This document shows positions 7,922 through 17,286 of a DNA stretch of 35,979 nucleotides, one piece after another. This DNA comes from a virus. Position 1 is the stretch's first letter. Every line of letters starts with the position of its first letter. The DNA lies in the IMG/VR virus record IMGVR_UViG_3300023284_000837, positions 1-35,979 of that record. The stretch is one strand, 5' to 3'. The notes under the pieces are model-generated. The model searched no databases, was not told the origin of the DNA, and worked only from the letters and a program-made list of their open reading frames with translations. Both the position numbers and the translations under genes were made by a program.

Positions 7922-8338
7922 TTAAAGATAATCTACTCCCGCAATGATGAGCGGATATTCTCGTTTTACCTCCGGGTCCCCCCCGGATACCTCGATTCCG
8001 TCCTCCATAAATTCGGCATTACGCGCGCGAATCCTTGCGATTGTTTCCCCATTGTCCATAACGGCCAACACATCAAACGCCGGTATATCGAGCAATCTCC
8101 TAGACCCGACTATGTTTCGGAGTTTCTGAACGTCCTTGTAGGCCATTTCAATGGCGCAAGTATATTCGTCAAAGCCGCGGCCCCTACTGGTTGGCTGCGT
8201 ACCAAATCCGTAATTATTCTGTTTGTCCGCGGTTTCCACAATGTTAAGAGTGGCCACCGAGGCGATATCTATACCGGCCACCGTGACCGTTATACTTGAA
8301 GCCGAAAAAGCTTTCCCATTAAATAAAACTTGTCCCAT
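7922..8338 (-). CDS. Tail tube protein candidate
   Basis: 138 aa, immediately downstream of the sheath-sized gene and upstream of the chaperone and tape measure genes. Assigned by size and position. Confidence 0.5.
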   Translation of the reverse strand: MGQVLFNGKAFSASSITVTVAGIDIASVATLNIVETADKQNNYGFGTQPTSRGRGFDEYTCAIEMAYKDVQKLRNIVGSRRLLDIPAFDVLAVMDNGETIARIRARNAEFMEDGIEVSGGDPEVKREYPLIIAGVDYL

Positions 8339-9561
8339 TATGCGGCGGTGTTTAGTTGCGGAGTAAATCCGATATTAACGATTGTTTCTCTTTGTACCCC
8401 TATCGGTACGATACGGACCGTAATGATCACCTGTGAGGTGGCCAATACATCTTGGGCCGGGTCGATAAAGACCGCGTTATTTGGTAGCCTACCGGTCGTC
8501 GGATCGACTGAAATTTCCAAATCAGTCCCCATTTGATTGAGGGCCACGAAAACCGCGGACTCCAATTCAAAAATAGTGGTTTCGGAAATTTGACCGGTCG
8601 TCGCGTTTACCTGGATAGGGGCATTTATAAACGGCACTAACTTGGTGTTTATTTCCCTAATGGCCTTTTGGATGGTTCGCGAGTTTTCAATAAATGCAAA
8701 ATCATTGTCCACGGCCACCGCTTGCGGCGAATCGTTCCAATAGGCGCCGTTTATGCCTTGGCGGGTCCTTGCAAATATATATCCGAAAGTAACCAAACTG
8801 GTAATATTGGCGTCTGTTAAATCATCAAATAGCTCACCGGTCGCGAGTTTTATCGTTTGCCACCTGACCGAATCCGCTATATTAAATTGAGCTACCCATC
8901 CAATATTGGTACTAACTGAGGCGGCGGCGGTAATTCCCAACATTGTTCCGCCCGAGCAAATGGATTTAGCTAGGGCCACAAATAAGGTTTCAGGGGTTCC
9001 CGTCCCATCTTGTGCCATATCTACCGAAACATAGGGGTTGTTTAAATCCCTGATACTTGTCAGTGTCGCGACCGTCGACGCCGAATGATCGGCACCTATA
9101 ATGATCACCGCGGGTTGATTGTTTTGTATCATGGTGGCCGCTGCGGCTCCCGCCGTTGTGACCAAAGACGCCGCATAGGTGACGTTTGTCCATGCATAAA
9201 ACTGTCTAATGTCCCCGGACGCCTCGGTCTGTAAATCAGTGATATCGGCCTCGGCAAAAGCGGTTAGATTGTCGTATAGGTTTAACCACAATTCGCCGAT
9301 TGAATCGGTTTTTTGGCCAAACATTAAAAAATACTCCGAAATATGATAGTGGAGTATTTTAACCTCTAAATCCGCGCTATCGGACGTAATTCCCAACGCC
9401 TCGGCCTCGGCTAGAGACTCGATTTTTTTAATTCGATCACTAGCACCGAATCCGCTAGGTAATTGAGCGGTCGTGAAAGCAAAAGCGAAAGCCGATACGT
9501 AATCACGTCCCGGCAACCGTCGCCCCAATCCCCCCTGTGATATATTAAATACAATAGACAT
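8338..9561 (-). CDS. Contractile tail sheath protein candidate
   Basis: 407 aa, first gene of the sheath-tube-chaperone-TMP series typical of P2/Mu-like myoviruses. Assigned by position and size. Confidence 0.5.
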   Translation of the reverse strand: MSIVFNISQGGLGRRLPGRDYVSAFAFAFTTAQLPSGFGASDRIKKIESLAEAEALGITSDSADLEVKILHYHISEYFLMFGQKTDSIGELWLNLYDNLTAFAEADITDLQTEASGDIRQFYAWTNVTYAASLVTTAGAAAATMIQNNQPAVIIIGADHSASTVATLTSIRDLNNPYVSVDMAQDGTGTPETLFVALAKSICSGGTMLGITAAASVSTNIGWVAQFNIADSVRWQTIKLATGELFDDLTDANITSLVTFGYIFARTRQGINGAYWNDSPQAVAVDNDFAFIENSRTIQKAIREINTKLVPFINAPIQVNATTGQISETTIFELESAVFVALNQMGTDLEISVDPTTGRLPNNAVFIDPAQDVLATSQVIITVRIVPIGVQRETIVNIGFTPQLNTAA

Positions 9562-9578
9562 AGTAACGATTTAATGGT

Positions 9579-10130
9579 TTATAAAAAAGAGGTTTCCTTT
9601 TCTTCAAAAGCCTTGGCCACCTCAGCGCTTTCGTGCTTGCTTAGATTAAATTCGGCCTCCAATTTGTCGAGATCGGCCTCGGTTTTTACCCCTGCGAGCT
9701 TTTTGAGCAATTCATCGACCGTCGCCGGTGCCGTCTCGGTTACCTTTACTTTGGCAACTTCAACGTTGAATTTCTCCGCTGCCTTGGTATAGGCTTTTGT
9801 TACAGTCGTCCGGTCGTCCTCATCGATTTTATTCGCTTTATGGATGGCGACCAACTCCTTTTTGTTTTTAGCGGCATTGATGGCGGCTACAAGCTTTTTC
9901 GAGCTCATGGCGTATTCTTTGCTAGAATCCCCACCGACGGGCTGTAGTCCTCCTTTGCGCTCGAGAACAAACGTTTTGATATTATTTGAATCGGCATGTG
10001 CACGGGCGGCGGCGATTGATTCAGGATAAAAAAATTGCCCGTCCTCTGTGGCTATCATTGCCGATTGCCCGGAATCCTTTAAAAAAAATGTTTTGTCGGC
10101 CAAGGCCTGTAATTCTTTTTTTGATTTCAT
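9579..10130 (-). CDS. Lys/Ala/Glu-rich protein between the capsid and tail genes
   Basis: 183 aa. The C-terminal segment TVDELLKKLAGVKTEADLDKLEAEF resembles a HeH/SAP-like helix pair. Function unknown. Confidence 0.4.
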   Translation of the reverse strand: MKSKKELQALADKTFFLKDSGQSAMIATEDGQFFYPESIAAARAHADSNNIKTFVLERKGGLQPVGGDSSKEYAMSSKKLVAAINAAKNKKELVAIHKANKIDEDDRTTVTKAYTKAAEKFNVEVAKVKVTETAPATVDELLKKLAGVKTEADLDKLEAEFNLSKHESAEVAKAFEEKETSFL

Positions 10131-10160
10131 AAGAATTAAAAATTAAGGTTGTATTAAAAA

Positions 10161-11129
10161 TTAAGGTGTCTGGGCCTCTATCAAAGAAACTACCCCTCTG
10201 CCATCGGTTCGCGACTTGGTGGCCCCGAATCTGGAATCAGCACTTATAATATCGGACTTGAATACGGGATCGGCCTTAGCTTCGTACAATTTACCCTTTC
10301 CTGCGGAATATCTCACCAATCCGGAGTGGAAGAACACCGCCGCACTTGTTTCCTGAGCGGTCAAAGCGGCCCCAAAGGCAGCTTTTGCCAAGGCTGTATT
10401 ATATAAAACATTGGCATTCAACGCCTCGTTATGTCGTGGCTCCATGAAATCGATTCCTAAAAGACGCCCGACAATACCCTCTTTTAATTTGGATTGATTC
10501 CCGGTCTTATCAAAATCAACAAACTCAGGGATTTTCAAAAGGTCGTCCCATTGTTCGGGGGTAATAAGGGCATACATTCGTCCTGGAATTCCGGCAAGGT
10601 TCATCCTATGGAACAATCTTTTTACGTTAATGACATCATTCTTAGTGATTGCAAGTACATTCCCAGCAAATCCGCCCGGAACAATGTTGGCACGGGCCGA
10701 CCCGGTTGTTTCGACAATAAAATCGGTGTTGGCGGTTTCCTGGGCGTATGCGATAGCCGCAAAATTGGCTATATCCGTCGCAATAACGTCTTGATGTTCT
10801 TGGAAAATTTCTTTTCGCTTGTTATACGAAATAGTTTCCAAGTCAATCAACTGTAACGCGACCGGTTCAGTCCCGAAAGTTTCGACGTTATACGATTTTT
10901 TGTTGTTGATCCTCACAATAGGGGTCAAACTGGCCGCATTGTCCAAATTGGATTGACCCGCTTGGATAGCTCCAAAAGTCGAAGATACCGCGGTGCTCGC
11001 CTGGGGGATTTCTATGGTAGAAAACTGATCGGCACCGGAGTCGGATTTCCCTTTGCTCCAAAACGTATTGTCTGGAAATAAGTTTCTTTGAAATTCTCTA
11101 AGAAATTTCGATTTGATTACTTCTGCCAT
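10161..11129 (-). CDS. Major capsid protein (HK97 fold inferred)
   Basis: 322 aa directly downstream of the protease/scaffold gene. Size and composition are typical. No named motif verified. Confidence 0.7.
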   Translation of the reverse strand: MAEVIKSKFLREFQRNLFPDNTFWSKGKSDSGADQFSTIEIPQASTAVSSTFGAIQAGQSNLDNAASLTPIVRINNKKSYNVETFGTEPVALQLIDLETISYNKRKEIFQEHQDVIATDIANFAAIAYAQETANTDFIVETTGSARANIVPGGFAGNVLAITKNDVINVKRLFHRMNLAGIPGRMYALITPEQWDDLLKIPEFVDFDKTGNQSKLKEGIVGRLLGIDFMEPRHNEALNANVLYNTALAKAAFGAALTAQETSAAVFFHSGLVRYSAGKGKLYEAKADPVFKSDIISADSRFGATKSRTDGRGVVSLIEAQTP

Positions 11130-11197
11130 TATTGAAAATTTTTATGTTAGACTTGATTTTGGTCGTATTCTCGCCTAATCACAATTTTCAAACAGTA

Positions 11198-12418
11198 TTA
11201 ATCTTCCAAAACCTTATCGAGGTTGTTGGTATAAAATTCTTCAATTACTTTAAATTTCTCCGCGCCCACCTCATTTTTGTAAGCTTCTAAAGTACCGTCT
11301 ACATCTGCCTCATGGTACGCTTTGGCCTTATTCACCAATTCATCTACTTTGGTTTTGTCACCGGCGCCCGTACCAAGGCTTTTGGTCACATCCACAAAAG
11401 TACCGTTCAAACTCTCACAAATGACCTTAAAACCGGCGAAATCCGCGGTTGCTTGATTAACGAGTTTTTCCGTATCCTCCTTTTTGAATTTACCGGCTTC
11501 GACCTGTTGGTCTACAAAAGTTTCAACCAAAAGTTTATTTGCAGTATCGGCATTGGTTTGCAAAACTTTGTTTTCGTCCTTCAATTTTTGAAGTTCGGTT
11601 TCTTTATTTTTAAAACCGGCGACTTTGTCCTCCGCGGTCGTGGCACGATCAGTGATTTTTTGAATCGCCTCGGCTTGCGCCGTTTCGCTCGCTTCGGGAT
11701 TTAACCCGAGTTTTTTGTTTACTATACTCATGACTTTTGGGTTTTTATTTAAACTATTATTTTGTGAAATTACAATTTTTGCGCAAGCTTTCATTAATTG
11801 AACGTCCGACAAGTTCTGAACATCTACTTTATTGGTCGTTTCAAAAACCGAATCAATGATGCCTATTGCCTTCAATTCTTTGGCACTTCTCCGGGTTCCC
11901 TCTGACATAATTTGTTTAAGCTCCTTTTTGCTTGCGCCGGTGGATCCTTCTAAGGAGGTAAGGAGGGACGTTCTCATAAATGTTGCCTCGGTTTTTAACT
12001 TACCGTCCGGCAACTCATCTATTTTTATAAGGTTTCCGTCTTTATCCTCAAACATCGGTTCGTGAATCACCCCGGTCGTAATGTCCGCTGCGGTCCGTTT
12101 TCCCCTGTCCCCAAAGGCCAATATAATCCCGGCCATAGAGTCCACAACACCGATACCTCGCGTGGCAACACCGGTACCGGTCATTCTAAGTATGTTCATT
12201 GCATTAATGATTGAGAATCCCTCAAAAATTGAGCCCCCAACGCTGTTAATATTGATTTGAACCTCGCTAAATCCAAATTGGGACACCTGGACAATGTCCT
12301 GAGCGAACCGATTTCCGTCGATGTCCTTGCCTATAACACCAAATAATTGCATTTGCGCGGTGTTTTCCGCACTTGACACACTTACTAGGGACTTGATTTT
12401 CTTACCTTGATATTTCAT
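11198..12418 (-). CDS. ClpP-type (S14) prohead protease fused to a coiled-coil scaffold domain
   Basis: INSVGGSIFEGFSI...GVVDSMAGIILAFGD...VIHEP match the ClpP Ser/His regions. The C-terminal roughly 180 aa is a K/E/A-rich coiled coil. Confidence 0.8.
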   Translation of the reverse strand: MKYQGKKIKSLVSVSSAENTAQMQLFGVIGKDIDGNRFAQDIVQVSQFGFSEVQININSVGGSIFEGFSIINAMNILRMTGTGVATRGIGVVDSMAGIILAFGDRGKRTAADITTGVIHEPMFEDKDGNLIKIDELPDGKLKTEATFMRTSLLTSLEGSTGASKKELKQIMSEGTRRSAKELKAIGIIDSVFETTNKVDVQNLSDVQLMKACAKIVISQNNSLNKNPKVMSIVNKKLGLNPEASETAQAEAIQKITDRATTAEDKVAGFKNKETELQKLKDENKVLQTNADTANKLLVETFVDQQVEAGKFKKEDTEKLVNQATADFAGFKVICESLNGTFVDVTKSLGTGAGDKTKVDELVNKAKAYHEADVDGTLEAYKNEVGAEKFKVIEEFYTNNLDKVLED

Positions 12419-12464
12419 GTATTCCCAAATTTAATTATTGATAAAATAACACCTTTTTTTATTA

Positions 12465-12629
12465 TCAGTCTCTAGAGCTTTCTTTTAAATCGCTCCAAAT
12501 GGTCGCCTTGCTTAAAAATAGGGACTCTGATAGGTCTTTTACCGCGTTGACGGTCTTACCTTCATAATTATTGATGAAGTCCTTAACATGCTCCCTACGA
12601 GCTTCTAATTTTCCCGCTGCTTTTTTCAT
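12465..12629 (-). CDS. Small HTH-like protein (54 aa), absent from the ORF track
   Basis: MKKAAGKLEARREHVKDFINNYEGKTVNAVKDLSESLFLSKATIWSDLKESSRD. ATGA overlap with the stop of 12626..13228. Fills an otherwise empty gap. Confidence 0.5.
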   Translation of the reverse strand: MKKAAGKLEARREHVKDFINNYEGKTVNAVKDLSESLFLSKATIWSDLKESSRD

Positions 12630-13228
12630 TGTCCTTCGACTGTAAACACTATTCCACCCCCTGGCTTGGTAAATGGCTCGATATCGTTCAAATCTTTATC
12701 CTTAATCTCGATTTGGACGTCCGGGGTCCATGGCTCGACCGGTTGGACATCTGCATCCGGGGTCGGACATTCGAATAAAGTTGCGCCAAAGGCTAACGGC
12801 CAATCCCTTAAAACCCTATGTGTTAAAACCTGTTCGTCCCGTATCCGTTGGATATGGCCGACTAAATAATTTTCGGTAATACCGGAAAAATGAACCTTTC
12901 GGAAAACCAATTCCACTATTTGCATATGTGAAACCTCCGCGGCGTCGATTGCCGAGGACTCTATTTTTTTGTATATGATATGCAAATTGAATTCCGCGGT
13001 TGCCATTTGCTGCGGGGTTCCGCTGGATTGATTTTTGTCCGTTCCGGCTGTGGACGGCTCCCAAACTATAGGATTGTATTCGAAGAACACCGCCGGTTTG
13101 GGAAAAGACGTCCCGGCCTCTTGCATTTCCGGGGAGGTATTGTCGTTCCACCAATCAAAATGTTTGATTTCCGGAATCGTGGCAATCAAACCTTTGATAA
13201 ACTGATATAGTAATTCCGTGGCTATCAT
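12626..13228 (-). CDS. Head-tail joining or tail completion protein candidate
   Basis: 200-aa ORF coupled to the MuG-like gene. Assigned by position only. Confidence 0.3.
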   Translation of the reverse strand: MIATELLYQFIKGLIATIPEIKHFDWWNDNTSPEMQEAGTSFPKPAVFFEYNPIVWEPSTAGTDKNQSSGTPQQMATAEFNLHIIYKKIESSAIDAAEVSHMQIVELVFRKVHFSGITENYLVGHIQRIRDEQVLTHRVLRDWPLAFGATLFECPTPDADVQPVEPWTPDVQIEIKDKDLNDIEPFTKPGGGIVFTVEGQ

Positions 13229-13659
13229 ATTCCAATCCTTTTAAGTTGTTGATCAATCAATCTCCGGGTTTTGGCCCTCAATACTCTCGAGTGGCCGATA
13301 AACTCCCGTTGAGGTATTTTCCCGGAGCCCTCATTATGGAATCCGGCGTATGGTATATGTATCACATTGACCACTATTTTTCTAGGCGTGATAGTACGGG
13401 CCTTTATATCTGACCTCATCGCGCCGGATCGTACCAAAATAGCGCGCCCCTGGTTTCTTTGCGCCTCCCTGGGCGTCCTTGCCGGTTTTCTGGGCTTCCA
13501 CCCGGTCAGGGATTTATCCGTTTGGCCACCGCCTTTCCGGAAACCCGCGTTAAAATGGTTTACCGCCTCCTCAGCCACCAATTTGGGCATGATGCCCCGG
13601 AACCTCTTAAGCTGCCTTTTCATCTTTTTAAAACCGAAAGATCCTCGCTTTTCGATCAT
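13225..13659 (-). CDS. Virion morphogenesis / head-tail adaptor protein (Mu gpG or HK97 gp10-like)
   Basis: 144 aa. LVRSGAMRSDI...IPYAGFHNEGSGKIPQREFIG fits the ...YA..H..G....P.R.F.G signature of this family. Confidence 0.55.
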   Translation of the reverse strand: MIEKRGSFGFKKMKRQLKRFRGIMPKLVAEEAVNHFNAGFRKGGGQTDKSLTGWKPRKPARTPREAQRNQGRAILVRSGAMRSDIKARTITPRKIVVNVIHIPYAGFHNEGSGKIPQREFIGHSRVLRAKTRRLIDQQLKRIGI

Positions 13660-14192
13660 GATTCCCTTATTATAAATTGGCTGAGGTCGAATTCCCGATC
13701 CGACTCCAAAGTAAAATTTATCGTTACATTGCCGGCGCCGTTCCCTGGATCGAGATTAAAATCCGATAGGACCACATTATCAACCCCTAAAATAACGTTT
13801 AATATTTTGGATACAATTGGCACCGCCTCCGGAACATCTACGATTCCGATAAATTTCTCTAAGTCCTCTCTCGGAAATACCGGTGCCAATTCGCTAATGG
13901 ACGCTTGGCCTTTGATTATATAGTCCCCGGTGTTGTTGTACTCCTTTACAGAGCCATTACGACCGGATACCATGGTCCTAACGATGTTCTTGGCCTGTTG
14001 TACCACATACCGGACGGATATTAGGCGTAATTCGGCATAATCCACCGTGACGCCCTCTAAAGTAAGATAACTCCCGGCGGGAAAAGTAATGTCGTCGAAT
14101 ATGGGCGTACCCAAAGGACTTAATCCTATGGGTTCTTCGAATTTCGCATCCGAGGCCGTTATCGGTAATTGATTTTTTGAACTTATTTTCAT
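13656..14192 (-). CDS. Conserved phage structural protein of unknown function
   Basis: 178 aa. The pattern ...VSGRNGSVKEYNNTGDYIIKGQ... resembles a Bacteroidota phage family of unknown function, which I recall as DUF6046-like. The family name is unverified. Confidence 0.35.
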   Translation of the reverse strand: MKISSKNQLPITASDAKFEEPIGLSPLGTPIFDDITFPAGSYLTLEGVTVDYAELRLISVRYVVQQAKNIVRTMVSGRNGSVKEYNNTGDYIIKGQASISELAPVFPREDLEKFIGIVDVPEAVPIVSKILNVILGVDNVVLSDFNLDPGNGAGNVTINFTLESDREFDLSQFIIRES

Positions 14193-15013
14193 TTGTCTAA
14201 AAATTGTCGAATATCAGTATCCGTCGGAATAGTGAAACCAAAATTATTCTTTTGGGCCGTTTTAAACGGGGGCGGCACATCAAAATAAGGATGTGTATCA
14301 GGAAAAATCAATCCGGTCTTTCCTACGTTCGTCCCGAATATGGGGTCGGGGTTTGCGTCGAATTCCTTGGAGGTTACGTTCCCGGAGCTCAACCGCTCGA
14401 CTATACACCGGCAATTGAAACCATTAGGGGGAAACCATTCGTCCCAAAAAGGACTATCGACCGGTTTAACGACTTGGTCAATTGCCCTATGTTCGTCCCT
14501 GACCCTATTGTCGCCTATTGTGGAATACCTCAGCAAAGGAAATATATCTTTGTCCTCCTGGATAGACTGCCACGCCTCAATGGCCTGTGATTGCCTAAAT
14601 GCCGCCTGTTGTTCTGTTCTTAGAAATGCAATATTATATCGGGAATTTATTTTTAGGGCGGTATCAGCGAAAACCCCGAACGGGTTTAATTGTCCCTTGG
14701 AATCAAAAAGGGCTATTGATAACTCAAGGGTATTTTGAAACGTTTTAGACCCTGAGAAAAAACCGAGATTGGTTTTCGCTATAGTCGATAACCTGTTTCG
14801 CTCGGAGCCGCCCGGAAAGTCGGAGGGTAGGCCAAAAGCAACCATTAATTGTTCTACCAAGGCCATAAATGAAAAATTGAACAATCGATTTGGTAACCGG
14901 TCCGGAGCGGTTCGCCCTTCGAAAACGGAACGGATAAGACCGTCGTCCGCGTCGAATTCCGGTAGATTTATCTCCGGGTCCCTGGTGCCGATGTTCAATA
15001 TTACATCTATCAT
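14189..15013 (-). CDS. Head morphogenesis protein, MuF / SPP1 gp7 family
   Basis: 274 aa. RYSTIGDNRVRDEHRAIDQVV...PPNGFNCRCIV is the family signature. Confidence 0.85.
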   Translation of the reverse strand: MIDVILNIGTRDPEINLPEFDADDGLIRSVFEGRTAPDRLPNRLFNFSFMALVEQLMVAFGLPSDFPGGSERNRLSTIAKTNLGFFSGSKTFQNTLELSIALFDSKGQLNPFGVFADTALKINSRYNIAFLRTEQQAAFRQSQAIEAWQSIQEDKDIFPLLRYSTIGDNRVRDEHRAIDQVVKPVDSPFWDEWFPPNGFNCRCIVERLSSGNVTSKEFDANPDPIFGTNVGKTGLIFPDTHPYFDVPPPFKTAQKNNFGFTIPTDTDIRQFLDK

Positions 15014-15861
15014 AATTGGACTACCTCAAATATTACAGTTAAATTTTGCGCGACGTTTCCGGACTCGCGTATCCCTAATATGAAACTATTATTCGACAAT
15101 ATTCTAAAAACCACCCCGTTAAGATGGGTGTCCTCAAAATGAGTGGCGCCGCTCACTGATTTTAAAAAAGTCCTTACCAGATAATTAGTATCGGCCATGG
15201 CGTTATCTAAGATTACGGTAATAAAATCCGTTTGGCCTGTATTAGCGGTTTTTTCGGCAGAGGTTAAATCCCCCGTGACCGAGAAAAATGTCCCGATAGG
15301 ATTCCCGTCCACTTGGAGGCCCGAAAAGCTACCCACGTTTATGACCGAGGTAACAATCGGCTTATTGAGAATGAAAGCGGGATCCGCGGCGTTGCCCTCA
15401 GTCCAATTGGATTGGACCCGTATATCCGCTTTTAAAAAGTTATTAAGGGTAAGACCGTCGACCGACAAGTCCCCCCCGGGTATTGATGCAACGTTTACGG
15501 CAATGGCCCTTTGTATCTCGGCGACATTGTTCGTTACGCCGCTCCGGAAAAGCCTGTCATACTCCGCGGATGTGCTATCGACCACCTTGGAAAACGAATA
15601 TAGGTCCGTTCCAACTGTTCGCGGTACTACCTGGGCGTCCACTTGGAGGACTTCGCCGTCCAGAAATACCCATCCGGCCAAGAGGGTGACATTAACCCCG
15701 GCGCTAATAACAGCGCTTACCCCGGAGAGTATGACATCAACATTATTTGTCAGTCCGGATGCAATGGCCTCCATTCCTTCGCGGTTACTATTGGGCATTA
15801 AATCAAGTTCCGTTTGTGTTATTCCGATTTCCCCACCGGGAAAAGCTATTCTTTTATCCAT
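15010..15861 (-). CDS. Tail fibre-like protein
   Basis: 283 aa. QSNWTEGNAADPAFILNKP matches the DW...IxNKP motif common in phage fibre and collar proteins. Confidence 0.5.
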   Translation of the reverse strand: MDKRIAFPGGEIGITQTELDLMPNSNREGMEAIASGLTNNVDVILSGVSAVISAGVNVTLLAGWVFLDGEVLQVDAQVVPRTVGTDLYSFSKVVDSTSAEYDRLFRSGVTNNVAEIQRAIAVNVASIPGGDLSVDGLTLNNFLKADIRVQSNWTEGNAADPAFILNKPIVTSVINVGSFSGLQVDGNPIGTFFSVTGDLTSAEKTANTGQTDFITVILDNAMADTNYLVRTFLKSVSGATHFEDTHLNGVVFRILSNNSFILGIRESGNVAQNLTVIFEVVQL

Positions 15862-15863
15862 AA

Positions 15864-16427
15864 TTAAAATCTTTCAATTAAATATTCCTGTGGTGCTATA
15901 ACATATAAATCAAGTAAGGCGCGGATTACCGCGTCCGAGGTCGGTACATCATTGGGTACATTGACTACAAACGATATGCCCTCTAAACTTGTCGGATCCG
16001 CTGCCTCGGCATTGGTGAAAAGCGTTATTGGGGCAAATATATTTTCCCCGTTCGTAAAAAGCATTATAGGGGACGGGTCAATTTCCCCGTTAAGGAAAAT
16101 ATCGATACCCTCGACAAAATTAGCGTTAAGGCAAGTAATGGTTATCCGTCGGAGGACGGGGTCAAATTTATCGTTCAATAGTGTCACGAGGCTTAAAACT
16201 TGTCCTGTATAGGCCAACCGGTCGCGAATGAATTCGCATAGTTCGACTAGATTGGAATTACTTTGATCCAAGGATTTAAATAATACCTCGGCAAAATTCA
16301 TAAAGGATTCTTTGCGGGAACCGTCCTGTATGGAAAATTCCCAAAAATAGGGCAATAACAGCCGTAATTGACTTGTAAAATCAACCCCGAATTGCTCCTC
16401 ACATGTTTTATCTAGGCTAGTTGGCAT
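15864..16427 (-). CDS. Baseplate-associated protein candidate
   Basis: 187-aa ORF between a possible baseplate wedge gene and the fibre-like gene. Assigned by position only. Confidence 0.3.
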   Translation of the reverse strand: MPTSLDKTCEEQFGVDFTSQLRLLLPYFWEFSIQDGSRKESFMNFAEVLFKSLDQSNSNLVELCEFIRDRLAYTGQVLSLVTLLNDKFDPVLRRITITCLNANFVEGIDIFLNGEIDPSPIMLFTNGENIFAPITLFTNAEAADPTSLEGISFVVNVPNDVPTSDAVIRALLDLYVIAPQEYLIERF

Positions 16428-17286
16428 CGTAATAATTTAAGAGGTCCCTAAGTCTAAAAGGGGCGATAGGGTCCGATACTATATAACCGGCCCTCGCCAA
16501 ATATTCATCGTTCAAACTGTTGATAACATCAATGAAAGACCCATCCGAGGGCCTTATTTGTACGTCCTCGGCAATTGGATTGATTACACCGTCGACCGCC
16601 TGTATGGTGTCAGTAAGGTCTGCTAAACGGAAAATAGAATTGAACCGGTCAGCTTGAAAAGTTTTCAACAATTCGGTAATTGCCACCTCAACGGGAAATA
16701 CCGCGGGGTCTGTCAATAATTGTCCGGTCGCGGGGTCTATGACCGTCGCATCGACCCCGACGCGATACTGGATCCGTGCTATGTCGCCGGATTGGGAAAT
16801 AAACGCTAAGGGTGTACATGCAAATCTTTTTTCATCCCAATAGGCTTTAAATGCCGTCAATTCGGTAGCTGTCAATGGCCGGGCCGTTAAATCCGGGTTG
16901 AAAGCGGCAATCTTAATTATTAAAAAGCCGTTTTCCTTATCCGCTGCGGCGAGCTTTACAATCTGCTTGGCAAGATCCACGACCAGATAAACTAAATTCC
17001 CGTTGATATATTGTAAAGAGTCGCCGAATTGAAATACCAATGATTCCGCGGCATACCATCGGGATATCCCTGTCTGTATTTCCGCCGCCCGATCCTCGAC
17101 CTCATCGGCGAAGCTGACAAATGACTCCTCGTGCACGTTCGCGGCGGTCGCAAATGAATCCCTGAGATTTGGCCAAACACCGGTGTCCGAGGTCGTGGTT
17201 ATCCCTGACAATGCCGCCCGTGATTGTTTATCCGCCTCCATTGCGGCGCTGATTGTTTCTATTGTACGCGCTGTAAATTTTCCCAT
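16417..17286 (-). CDS. Baseplate wedge (J-like) candidate / virion protein
   Basis: 289-aa ORF coupled to the portal gene stop. Only a weak resemblance to baseplate J-type proteins. Confidence 0.3.
   Translation of the reverse strand: MGKFTARTIETISAAMEADKQSRAALSGITTTSDTGVWPNLRDSFATAANVHEESFVSFADEVEDRAAEIQTGISRWYAAESLVFQFGDSLQYINGNLVYLVVDLAKQIVKLAAADKENGFLIIKIAAFNPDLTARPLTATELTAFKAYWDEKRFACTPLAFISQSGDIARIQYRVGVDATVIDPATGQLLTDPAVFPVEVAITELLKTFQADRFNSIFRLADLTDTIQAVDGVINPIAEDVQIRPSDGSFIDVINSLNDEYLARAGYIVSDPIAPFRLRDLLNYYDAN

Noticed and set aside
11131-11189. Inverted repeat TTGAAAATT ... AATTTTCAA in the spacer between the capsid and protease genes.
   Set aside because: The 9-bp arms are all A/T apart from one G-C pair and are separated by about 40 nt, so predicted stability is negligible. 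This is likely chance in AT-rich spacer.
12424-12431. Further TAnnTTTG matches directly abutting start codons: TAAATTTG at 12424..12431 before the protease gene and TATATTTG at 25909..25916 before 25590..25904.
   Set aside because: They lie only about 5 nt from the ATG, lack the flanking GTCC/GGAC arms and lack a clear -33 element. They could drive leaderless late transcripts, but an 8-mer with two free positions is expected by chance in AT-rich DNA.
12816-13154. Same-strand alternative-frame ORFs nested in larger genes: 12816..13154, 8990..9193, 16992..17180, 3006..3188, 26614..26838 and 34087..34317.
   Set aside because: All are fully contained in longer, better-supported ORFs on the same strand. 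Their Arg/Gly/His-rich sequences are typical of off-frame translation.
15197-15901. Long plus-strand ORFs: 15197..15901 (234 aa), 5469..6041 (190 aa), 17826..18362 (178 aa), 13459..13923 (154 aa), 26398..26844 (148 aa), 34329..34751 (140 aa), 14340..14738, 1644..2015 and others.
   Set aside because: Each lies wholly antisense to a well-supported minus-strand gene. They have S/P/L/R/C-rich shadow-frame composition, have no partner genes or promoters on the plus strand, and break the otherwise perfect single-strand tiling.
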